Made by a program: the position numbers and the translations under genes. Positions 38,546 through 51,564 of a stretch of 64,000 nt of DNA are shown here, piece after piece. Numbering within the stretch: the stretch's first letter is position 1; each line of letters begins with the position of its first letter. Source of the DNA: Calcarisporiella thermophila CBS 279.70 (Eukaryota > Fungi > Calcarisporiellomycota); NCBI RefSeq assembly GCF_041956535.1, contig NW_027192207.1, positions 529,374 through 593,373 on the forward strand. Direction: 5' to 3'. The notes under the pieces are model-generated. The model ran no database searches. It saw only the letters and a program-made list of their open reading frames with translations, and was not told the DNA's origin.

Positions 38546-38971
38546 TAAGGTATTAAAGAATGGAAGGATTAATTAGGTGTAGGTATTATGCTGGTATCGA
38601 AAGAGGAAAGAGCGTGAAAAAACAAACAGATGTCAACAAGTATTTGTCAGGCGTATGGAAATTAAGTACACCAATGAGACACAAAGTATTTCCATTTTCA
38701 AAGAACGACTCTTCCAAATCACACGTAAGCATATATAGCATGTACAAGTGAATTTAATCCGTCTTCACTGGATATGCTAGAAAATAATTGTATATTCAAT
38801 CCTCGCTAATCATAAGAGAAAAAGATCCCAGTAAACAGGAAAATAAAAGAGGCAAGTTTACACCAACACATGTACTAATGAGAAAAACCTAGAAGAAAAC
38901 AAAACTGAGAATTGTTGAAGCTAAAAGAAAAAAAGAAAAGGACAGGGATTCAATGATTCATGAGTCCACTA

Positions 38972-39849
38972 CTAGTGGCGTATCATTTTCTCCCTGTATT
39001 TGGCCATTTCTTTATTGTATCGCTCAAGGTCGGCACTCGCCTTATTCAAGAAAGGCTAAGTTCAGAAAACCGTTAAATTTAGATCCTATAATTCAAAGAA
39101 TAAGAATATTTCAGCATTACCCTCTTCTCTTCATCCGATAACTTCCGCCATTTCTCTCCGGCAAATTTCGCCTGCTCTGCGACTTTTCCAGCACGCGCTA
39201 GCTGCTCTTGTCCCTCTGCAGTAGAGCGGAGTTGTTGATAAAAGTACATATATCCGGACAAGGGACGCTTGGGGCGACTAGGATCGTGCAGTGGAGGGAG
39301 ATCCTTTTTGCCAGACTTGCGCAAAAGACTGCGATATTCATTTTCGCGTGCAAAATCTGCGGGAGTCAGTCTTGAATAGAGTGCATCAAGTTCTTTTTTG
39401 TATTTAGCACGCGCTTTCTCTGCTTCTGCCTCAAAAGACTAGGAAGAGGAATATTAGACACAAAGAGTTAGAAAATAATGCAACATCGAATAGGCTGATA
39501 AGACAGATCGCCATTTCCCAATAAAAATCGCAATTATGTTCAAATAACATGAAAAAATAATCACCTTCTTCTCCTGTTCACTCATCATTCTCCATTTAGC
39601 TCCCAGATCTTTCGTTGCCTTAACAATATCGATCTTGCCATCAGTTTTGTAATCATTTAGGTGCTCTACCATGTAAAATTGATACGCGTTTTTTGGGCGT
39701 GGAGGAAGTTTGATTCGTTCAGGCTGAGGAAGTTTTGCCTTAATTGCTGGCGATGCCTTCTTCTTTGCCGCAGAAGTGGCAGCGGAGGCAAATTGACGAT
39801 ATTGCTGGAAGGAGAGTTTAAATGAGGACAGATGCGTAAGTGACAACAT
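38972..39849 (-). CDS. Tandem HMG-box protein with a mitochondrial presequence (Abf2/TFAM-like), 3 exons
   Basis: Basic, Ser-rich N-terminus MLSLTHLSSFKLSFQQYRQFASAA; two HMG boxes (PPRPKNAYQFY...GAKWRMMSEQEK and PKRPLSGYMYF...GEKWRKLSDEEK) joined by a LHDPSRP linker. Confidence 0.8.
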
Positions 39850-39934
39850 AGCAGCTGGATTGCTTAGATGCACAGATCTATATAATATTTAGATCGAGAC
39901 GAAATTTATTTCCCTAGAGATAATTAATTGAATG

Positions 39935-40032
39935 ACGCGCGTGGGGACGTGAGCAAATTCTTTGGTAACCTATTTTCTAACCTAATTTAATAGTAGAAAT
40001 TAAAACAATGGTAAAATCGCGAAATCGCGAAA
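39935..40032. promoter_or_regulatory. G1/S (MCB/SCB/E2F-like) elements in the ABF2/ORC2 bidirectional promoter
   Basis: ACGCGCGT at 39935 and tandem CGCGAAA at 40018 and 40026. Confidence 0.5.
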
Positions 40033-40062
40033 AAAAATTTGATGTAATAATAACGATTCAAC

Positions 40063-41958
40063 ATGGTTAAAGAGATTCTCATTAAAACACAGACAGATGA
40101 TCAAATTCCTATTCATATCCTTCATAATGTATCTGCACAGTCTCAAAGTATGGAATCAGATCTCGCAAGAAGTCGAGGTCCACGCCCACGTCTACTCGCT
40201 GACACACGTCGCCGGAAGATTCCAAAGACACCTTCAAAAAGTACTTCAAAAGCTAACAATTCAAATACGCCAGGTAGAACTCCGAGCACTAAAATGGCTG
40301 CTGCACGTCAAATGTTCGATTCTGCTCTCACTGTGACCGGGAGATCGAAATTTAAGCATAAAGAGGATGCAGAAGCAAATGTAGAGGAAGACTGGAATCA
40401 TTTGAGAAATAAGAAAATCAAAGATCGCGAAGATTCTGTACTTGAGGATGAGGAAGAGGAGAGGGATAAGGAGAATAGACACGATACCGTTGCGGGGAGA
40501 GATCTATATGGGTTTGTCGGGAGAAAGAAGAATAGACTAGAAGAGATGTTAAAGGATTTGGTCGAGTCTGCGAAAACCGAGGAGGGTGTTTCCCCTGTGA
40601 CAACTCCAAGTAGAAGACATAAAATAAACGACAAATTGACATATACCGATCCGGATCGAGTTGCAAAACGGAGACGAATAACGCAGCAAGTTAACAAGTT
40701 AAACAGAATAGAAAGCGAAGAGGAAGACGAAGGAGACGAGGAAGAAAATGAAGTGGACGATGAGGCAAGCGATGGCGAAGAGGATCTTGTAAGAAGAGAG
40801 GAACTCGATGAGCGGATATTCGATTCAGATAACGAGAAGAGCAGTGAAGATGAAGGGAGTACAGGGATCCGTTTAGGCGGTGGGAAAATTCCGATTGCTT
40901 TCGAAGATTCAGCAGGATATGAAAGTTATTTTCGTGATTTACATGGTCGTTCGCTCACATCCAACCGCACACTTTCAAAGCTACCGACTCTAGAGCAGCA
41001 CGAATTTCTCGATCTGATTGCTAAAGCACCAAGAAAACATGCCGAAGAACTGACTATCCTTCGCAACCTCCATAAGATGCAGTTTCAACAATGGTATTTT
41101 GAGCTGAGTTGCGGATTCAATTTGCTTTTTTATGGATATGGTTCAAAACGAAAATTATTACTGGAGTTTGCGAAGCAATACTGCACGGACGGAGTGATGC
41201 TGGTAGTCAATGGTTATTTTCCTACCGTGAGTGCCCGTGATATACTGCGAAAAATTATCGAAGGGGTGGTGAGAAAGGAGGAATATGGGACTTCTATGGG
41301 GGGCTCCTTACAAGAACAAGTTCGTATGCTAAGGGAATTTCTGGCCGATCCAGAACGCGAATTCCGATACCTCTATCTTATTGTACATAATATAGATGGA
41401 GCCGCTCTACGATCTGAGAAAAGCCAACTGATGTTGAGCCAACTAGCAGCAATTCCTGGAGTACGTGTCATTGCTTCAGTTGATCATATTAACGCTGGAT
41501 TGTTATGGGACAGTGTGAAACGGGCGCGGTTTAATTGGATATGGCATGACGCAACAACATATGAGGATTATTTGGCTGAAACGAGTTATGAAGGCTCACT
41601 ACTTATGGTGCGCGGAGAAGAGCTAGGAGTGCGTGGTGCTCGACATGTGCTCATGAGCTTGACAACAAATGCGCGTGGTGTATTCCGCGTTCTGGCCGAG
41701 CATCAGATTGCGTCTGCCAAAGAAGCGGGTAACGGGAGAGAAAACAAATTGCCTCAAAACCAGGCTGTGGCTCAAGATCAACTTTTCCAATGGTGCCGAG
41801 AGCGGTTCTTGGTAAGCACCCAACTTACCTTCGAGACCCAATTGACTGAGTTCCGTGATCACAAGCTAATAATGTTCAAAACGGTTGATGGAGTGCGCAT
41901 GTTATGGATTCCACTAACGGTGCCAATATTAGAGTCAATATTAGAAGGGATAGATTAA
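40063..41958 (+). CDS. ORC2: Origin recognition complex subunit 2, intronless
   Basis: QWYFELSCGFNLLFYGYGSKRKLL, VVNGYFP, IVHNIDG, IASVDHINA, WHDATT and LTEFRDHKL. Confidence 0.96.
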   Translation: MVKEILIKTQTDDQIPIHILHNVSAQSQSMESDLARSRGPRPRLLADTRRRKIPKTPSKSTSKANNSNTPGRTPSTKMAAARQMFDSALTVTGRSKFKHKEDAEANVEEDWNHLRNKKIKDREDSVLEDEEEERDKENRHDTVAGRDLYGFVGRKKNRLEEMLKDLVESAKTEEGVSPVTTPSRRHKINDKLTYTDPDRVAKRRRITQQVNKLNRIESEEEDEGDEEENEVDDEASDGEEDLVRREELDERIFDSDNEKSSEDEGSTGIRLGGGKIPIAFEDSAGYESYFRDLHGRSLTSNRTLSKLPTLEQHEFLDLIAKAPRKHAEELTILRNLHKMQFQQWYFELSCGFNLLFYGYGSKRKLLLEFAKQYCTDGVMLVVNGYFPTVSARDILRKIIEGVVRKEEYGTSMGGSLQEQVRMLREFLADPEREFRYLYLIVHNIDGAALRSEKSQLMLSQLAAIPGVRVIASVDHINAGLLWDSVKRARFNWIWHDATTYEDYLAETSYEGSLLMVRGEELGVRGARHVLMSLTTNARGVFRVLAEHQIASAKEAGNGRENKLPQNQAVAQDQLFQWCRERFLVSTQLTFETQLTEFRDHKLIMFKTVDGVRMLWIPLTVPILESILEGID

Positions 41959-42417
41959 CATTAACTATATGTGTAATATTCTTCATAATAATAAACCAAA
42001 AAGGTTCAGTTAGTAACTCACATGGACAGTCACATGATAGAAATTTCATTTTGGTGTAAAAGGAAAGTGCACTATATCCCAAATCTGAACATTCCTATTG
42101 AATTTTCGTTGGGGTGCATTGAAAAGATAACTGCAGGACTCTCACCTAGTGAATAGGGGGGCGGGCATTAGCTAAGTTTTTTCTATATTTTTAAAACTCA
42201 TCCTGGGCTAGAATAGAAATATATATGTGGACCAGCCTGCAAGTGCCAGTTTACTATTGAATTTTATTTATCTTTGCAACTTTTTTCTTTTTCTTCCATT
42301 TCATTTGTTTTAGAATTAGGAATCGTTTGTTTGTTGAGCAGCGAAAGTTTATGAGAGTTTGATACGGGTGCAAAGGAAAGAGAAGAATTCAATTCTTTTT
42401 CTCCTTCTCCTCATCCA

Positions 42418-45247
<2,830 letters not shown>

Positions 45248-45776
45248 CTATCCCTTTTTTTTCTATGTAATTATGGGGTCCATTATATTTCCCTTTGTTC
45301 ATACACATAGTTTGTAATGTTGCAGTCTTCTAATTATTTCATTGTTTCTATCGGGCGTTCATATTAACTAAGAAAGGAAACCAGAAAAAGACCAACATTA
45401 TTTTCTTATTGTAATGTAACTTATATTTCTCTTTGTTCAATTAATTTTTCTTTTTCACTTTGATTTTACTAACCATATTGTATTTTAACAGAATAACGAT
45501 TTTCTTTAATGAATTGAATCACAGATTCATGAAATTGGATCACGCAGAGAATTTTCAAATTAGCTGCTCATTCCAGATATTCCGCAAAAAGAATTTACGT
45601 TCCAACCGACAGAAATACTTTAATGCACGATTTATATAAAATAACTAGAAATCATGAAAAGAGTATCTACAATTTTCATATTTTTTTTTCTTATTAAACT
45701 GTGAATTGAGCCTTAAGACGGTAAAAGTTTTCAAGAACGTACTCTATTGAACTAAAACCATAGGTTCTTTGCAATT

Positions 45777-47473
45777 ATGCCATGCTTTGGTTCTCGACAA
45801 CGAAATACCAAGCGCACTATCAGTTCTCCTTCTGGAACTCTTCTTTCGCCGTTTTCCTCTTATAAAGATCATATCACTCTACCAAGTCAACTATCTAACC
45901 AGCGATTTAGGCCATCCTCATTTGAATGGAAAAGTGAAGTGAGAAATAGGCCAAGATTGAGTGCTCCAGCTTTGGCTGCTCAAACTTTATCCCGAGGATC
46001 ATATTCTGTCAAAGGCCCAATGACGACCCTACAAGCAGAGTTTGAGGAATTAAAGCTCAAAGTAAATATATCCTTTTATTTGTATAAATACATTTATGTA
46101 AGTCTAAACAATGACTATAGAACGAAGAAACACTACAGCGCCTGCGAGATAGCGAATCATTACTTCGCAATCAAGAAACTGAACTAGATGCTCTGAGGAG
46201 GCGCTTGGACTTAGAACATAGGGAGCAAAAAGCTCATGAATTACAGATTGTATCAAACTGCGTAAGATTATTTTACTTTTTGAATATTTTCTGTTCAGTT
46301 CACTCAATAACCCACTATCTTCCTAGGAACCCGAAGTTAAGAAAAAGCTACATGAACGTGATATATTGCTTCAGATTCAAACCGATCAACTTGTCGAGCT
46401 ACAACGGAAAATTGAAGGTCTGACACAAAAATCGAAAACTCGCCATAATTTGGAAGAATTGCAGAGAAAGGTGAATATTTACTGTTTTATTTAAAACTTT
46501 TCAAAATCATACACATATATCTACACGTTTTAGAATGAAGACACCCTAAGACAACTTCAAGAAAAAGAATTAGCATTGGCTGCTTGCAAGGATGAATTAA
46601 ATCGTCTATATACTCGACTGAAGATTCAGCGTCGTCGCGCAGAAGTATGCACTAGTGATAGCGGTGCATATATATTTGGCCTGGGAGATAAACAGATATC
46701 AAATGTGGAATTTAATCAGATTTTTAACCCTGAATCTACAAGCTCAATTGACAACTTGTCAAGAGGCAACTCTTCAATAGATCTCATCTCAGATCTGGAG
46801 TTTCTAACACCCTTGGAGCAACAGGAATGTGACGCACATGGCATTATTGAGAAGGAGAAACTCGTCGAAACCTTACAAGTTGGGCATAATCGTGTTAGAT
46901 CAGAAAGCGAAGTAGAAGAGTTATTAAAAGAGGAAACAGAAAAGCTTGATGAGCTTGTTTCTCAACTGGCAGATCAGCGAGTTTGCACTCAACAAGCTAT
47001 TGACTCTCACCAACAAGCTTTAGCAGAGAAAGATTCCCTTATACAGGCACATCAGCGCCATATAGGCCTGCTTGCACTTGCACAAGATCAGGAAATCAAG
47101 TTGTTGGTGGCTAAACAAAATGAATTTATAGAAGAAGCTGAGAAACGATTTGAGGAGGATAAAATGGAGCTAAAGAGGAAGGCAATAATATCTGAGGAGC
47201 GCGCGTTGGGGGAAAAGTTCGAGCAGATCATTAACGAAATTGAAGTAATATAATTATTTACCGAATATTTTTAACTTCTTTGCATTGAAATAAACCATTG
47301 TATTTTGTATTTCTTCTATCAAGCAACTGCGGCATGGGGATTATATTAAAAACAGCGTGTTCAATAACAGCATTCGCTCGGATAACTGGGAACGTGCACC
47401 CTTAGCAACATTAAAGAAATCGTTCTCGGCCGCTCGCATAAAGAAGCTGGAGCGAAGTCTTCTGCACAATTAA
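45777..47473 (+). CDS. Hypothetical coiled-coil protein, multi-exon
   Basis: E/K/Q-rich heptad-like ORF segments joined by GT-AG introns; no recognised domain. Confidence 0.65.
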
Positions 47474-48280
47474 CGCAATTCGTTTTAAGGAAGAGATATA
47501 ATACCCAATGCTCACAATGTTTTATAAATTCAATGTTTGATTGTCTTGAGTATTTATGGAATAGTGTAGTAACCAATAGACAATTGCAATTTCAATATCA
47601 CTGAAATAAACACTGCACTTGTTGTAATTTCTAGTTATTGAAGTCTTTTGATGATAACCTATGGATTACTGGTATGAAGCTACTCTTTTTTTGGGGATAA
47701 TACGACTATTTGGATGCGGACCAACTCACTTTCCTAAACCATTGATTCCCTCAATAACCCTAATTCTCCACCATTTTCGGTCCAATCTTGGATGTGTACG
47801 GTTTTTAGCGAAATTTTCATTTGCCATGTTCTCGATCATTTTCGGTTTATTTTTAATTCGATTTAGGGAAAAGGAATTGCACAAGTATTAGCAAAATAAT
47901 AACGGGAGTTTATATTTGAGGAAGGTAGGAAACTTACAAAAAATATATTCCATTAGGTGGGTATTAAAGTTCCGAAAGGAACTTTTTATGACTATTGTTT
48001 CATTTTGCTATTATTGCAAAAGTTTATCGCTACTAAGTAAGCGAAATTACCAGTAGTTGCCTCTACTACCGGGAGAAAAATGTTCGGTACTTTTCCCATT
48101 AACGTTCGGCTAATAATAATGACCCCATGAAAGTAGAAAGTAGCCGTTATTCCAAATAGCTCGTGTAAAGTATAAAAGCTCGTCCTCCCAGATTCCAAAC
48201 TCATTAACATACAATCCATTTACCTTCATTCACTTAAATATACAGTAATCTTTTTCTTATATAACTTCATATAAATTACA

Positions 48281-49261
48281 ATGAAACCCGTTATCTTTGC
48301 TACTCTTGCTCTCATTGGCCTTGCCTCTCTCACTCAGGCAAATCCTATTAGCGTTCCCGTCAAGGAATTGCAGACCACTGAGAAGAAAACTGCTGTCTCG
48401 ACCAATTCGATCAAAAATGTACTGGAGAAGCGGTGGGACTGCAGACGTCACCGTTGTCACCACAGGCACTGCAACCACCCATGCCACCACTACTACGATG
48501 ATGACCACCACGGTGATCTCCAAGATAACGTCGAAGCCTCTGTAGATGACTGGCTCGACAATTCCTTTGACGGCTACAAGCGTGACTTGCAGGCTGTTGA
48601 AGCCACTGGCGTGACCCCTAAGGAAAACGTTTTGGAGAAGCGATGGGACTGCAGACGTCACCGCTGCCACCACAGGCACTGCAATCACCCATGCCACCAC
48701 TACTACTATGACGACCATCACGGTGATCTCCAAGACAACGTCGAAGCCTCTGTAGATGACTGGCTTGACAATTCCTTCGATGGCTACAAGCGTGACTTGC
48801 AGGCTGTCGAAGACACTGGTGTAACCCCTAAGGAAAACGTTTTGGAGAAGCGATGGGATTGCAAACGTCACCGTTGCCACCACAGGCACTGCAATCACCC
48901 ATGCCACCACTACTACGATGACGACCACCACGGCGATCTTCAAGACAACGTCGAAGCCTCTGTAGATGACTGGCTCGACAATTCCTTTGACGGCTACAAG
49001 CGTGATCTGTCGAGCCTCTTCGGGAAAAAGAAGAAGAAGAAGTCTCTCCTCAAGAAGAAGAAGAATAACATCTTCAACGAGAGAACCGCTGAGGATGACG
49101 ACGAAGATATGGAAGATGAGGATATGGAAGTCAAGAAGAAGCAAAAGAAGGGAAAGAAGAAGAACGAGATGAAGGCAATGAATGAGGAGGATGAGGAGGA
49201 TGAGGATCTTCAAGAAGAAGAGTATTTCGATGGTGAGGAAGAGGAAGAGGATGACGAGTGA
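48281..49261 (+). CDS. Secreted Kex2-processed repeat protein (KEP): signal peptide, 3x 48-aa His/Cys-rich core and a block-charged tail
   Basis: Hydrophobic signal peptide MKPVIFATLALIGLASLTQA; three 70-aa units, each core bounded by KR; intronless. Confidence 0.9.
   Translation: MKPVIFATLALIGLASLTQANPISVPVKELQTTEKKTAVSTNSIKNVLEKRWDCRRHRCHHRHCNHPCHHYYDDDHHGDLQDNVEASVDDWLDNSFDGYKRDLQAVEATGVTPKENVLEKRWDCRRHRCHHRHCNHPCHHYYYDDHHGDLQDNVEASVDDWLDNSFDGYKRDLQAVEDTGVTPKENVLEKRWDCKRHRCHHRHCNHPCHHYYDDDHHGDLQDNVEASVDDWLDNSFDGYKRDLSSLFGKKKKKKSLLKKKKNNIFNERTAEDDDEDMEDEDMEVKKKQKKGKKKNEMKAMNEEDEEDEDLQEEEYFDGEEEEEDDE
48418..49003 (+). repeat. Tandem coding repeat, 210-nt period, 3 copies
   Basis: The TGGGA(C/T)TGC core start recurs at 48434, 48644 and 48854; differences between copies are mostly synonymous. 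Confidence 0.95.
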
Positions 49262-49489
49262 ATTAGATGAGTGTATTTGATTTGATTGGTGTAAAAATTT
49301 CCCCCTTATATTACTTGGAGAAAACTTAGGCTATTAGACCTCATTTATCATAATGAACTTATAATCTTTACTTTCATAATAAAAATCTGTGATATATTAC
49401 TAATATGATTGAGTATCGCTGAAATGAAATTACTTATGCTAATGTCACGTTAAGGGTAAGAGTAATGCAAACACTAAGTAAATGAAATT

Positions 49490-49850
49490 TCAGAAAGATT
49501 CAGGTACTCCAACACTTGATCTATATTTTCGGCCTTTCTCTATCCATTCATAATTATACGGCATTCCAAGGCGAAGCATTGCGTTTTCTCCAATACGTTT
49601 CAGTACATTTCGTCTAAAGAATAGAGGTTGGAAAATACATGTAACAATCTAAGAGAAAGATCACTTACGCATTTTCCGCGAGGCCGTCAAGATATAAATG
49701 CTGTCCCTGTATATCCACGTCGCTTTCAACCCTGCGCATTTTTTGGTGTGTATTTGTGTAAAGGTTTATATCACCGTTCCCATTTACAGGGATGCCATTG
49801 CAAAAGGTAGGCAAGACTATAATTGACACTACAATGACGAGGCACTTCAT
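49490..49850 (-). CDS. Small secreted prepropeptide (101 aa, 2 exons; intron 49614-49668)
   Basis: Signal peptide MKCLVIVVSIIVLPTFCNG. A canonical GTAAGT...TTTAG 55-nt intron restores an open frame ...GLAENARNVLKRIGENAMLRLGMPYNYEWIEKGRKYRSSVGVPESF*. Confidence 0.6.
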
Positions 49851-51464
49851 ATGATGCGATAGAGGGAAGTGGAACAAACACAAAGTGAAACCCAAAACTT
49901 ATTGAACAATCTATAATGAAATGCGCTTATGCAAAATATAAGTGCAATTGTATAGTGAAAGTGTAGTGAGGATGAGAGTTCAAGTGATGGTTGAATACTA
50001 CAGTAGTGGGAGGGAAAAAAATTTGCGGAAAGGGTGGAAATGAAGAAAAAAATAAGACCTTTAAATAAGAATCGAATAGTTTAGCATACAATAAAAAATT
50101 AAAGAAGAAAATCAAGAAAAGTGTCCCTGCGTTTGTCTTTGCGCATTTTTAATTTTTTTGAGTATTTAATGTAGAAATCAGAAGTCATCCAGAGATCATT
50201 TACCTTTTTAAGATATATGAAATAATCATCAATCCTTAGATTATTAAAATCAATTGTACTCTAAATTTAATTTTGTTAAAATTATGTTGGTGGTTGACTA
50301 AGAGAAAAAGAACATTTAGATATTGAAATGAAGCTTCTAGGAAAACTCAAAACAATGAAATGAAAACGACTAGAATAAATCGATTAAGGACTGAATTGTA
50401 TTATATCTTTATTAATATAAATCGAAAGAGATTATTTGTCCCAATATTTGATCTTATCTATTTAAGTATTAAGACAGGGAAAGGTATAAATTCCCCCATT
50501 AAATAAGCTCAAGAAGATTTTGTAATTGCTTTCACGGACATGAAAAAGTGGCGATATAATAATTGTTCACGAAAACTTCGATTTCAATAATTGCTGGTTC
50601 CCTCTCCACATTTCATATTACAGGTATGAAATATAACACAAATACAAACTTTATCATTAAGGATGAGATAGCATTATTCATATGTGCAGCTGGAACTAGA
50701 GTAATGCATGCTATGGCATATTAGAGTTCAGATAATTTTGAACCAGAGAGGCTGAGGTGTCTAAGGATGTGAATAGGATGATGAAAGTTACTTTGCGCAA
50801 TCGCATATTGTATTGTTTATAATATACTATTTATTTGCGATTGGGATTATTCTAGTTCAAAAGAAAGAATAAAGAGCTCAAAAAAACAAGCCTTTAAAGT
50901 TGAATATTTTCATTCGGATTTTAGTTATATAATGTCTTTGGAGGCAATTGCCACCATTTTAACGAGAGAATTTCCAATGCACACACACACGTTTTAAACA
51001 ATTGACAAGGTTTATTTTTATGAAATAACTCATTTAAGGGCAAATTTAGACTGCGATTATTGTACAAATAAACACCATAAGTTTCATGACAATAATTATT
51101 TTTTGGAGACAAAGGGTATCCAACCTAAAATGACTTCAGCTAAGAAAGAACAATAGAACACTAACAAGCAAGTATTAATCAGGTGTTTAAAAGGAAAACT
51201 ATGCGCATGAAGATGTGAGCTTTGATCAAAACCTCTTTTGGTCGCTCCTATTCCTTGGAACAATTGAAGGCCAAAATTTTGATCCAGTTCCGAGTCGAAT
51301 CTTGAATTATTTCCCTTTATAAACTACCATTATTTTTTTTACAATCAGCCGTTAGAAATTTCTTGGTTGTATTCCTCGTCATATACACATCGCTTTGTGA
51401 ATATTAAATTCGGGCAGGCGAATTATATTAGACCTAATATTCCCAAAGGATACCATACCATCAA

Positions 51465-51537
51465 ACGCGTGATTTCTCACGCTTATTTTGTTCTATTCCC
51501 CTACTTTGTATATTAGTTCACAAATTACGCGTCGCGT
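51465..51537 (+). promoter_or_regulatory. MCB-like elements upstream of CYK3
   Basis: ACGCGT at 51465 and ACGCGTCGCGT at 51527, in AT-rich DNA 30-100 bp before the ATG. Confidence 0.5.
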
Positions 51538-51564
51538 CATGCTTTTCATTTCAATTTATTAACA

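Noticed and set aside
48418-49003. CRISPR-like array
   Set aside because: These are 210-nt whole-unit coding repeats with no unique spacers, in a eukaryotic context.
48257-49213. 318-aa hydrophobic antisense ORF
   Set aside because: It is the shadow of the KEP repeat; the sense frame has the signal peptide and the synonymous variation.
50125-50480. Possible second MITE (CCCTG...CAGGG)
   Set aside because: The inverted match is only ~5 bp and there is no convincing TSD.
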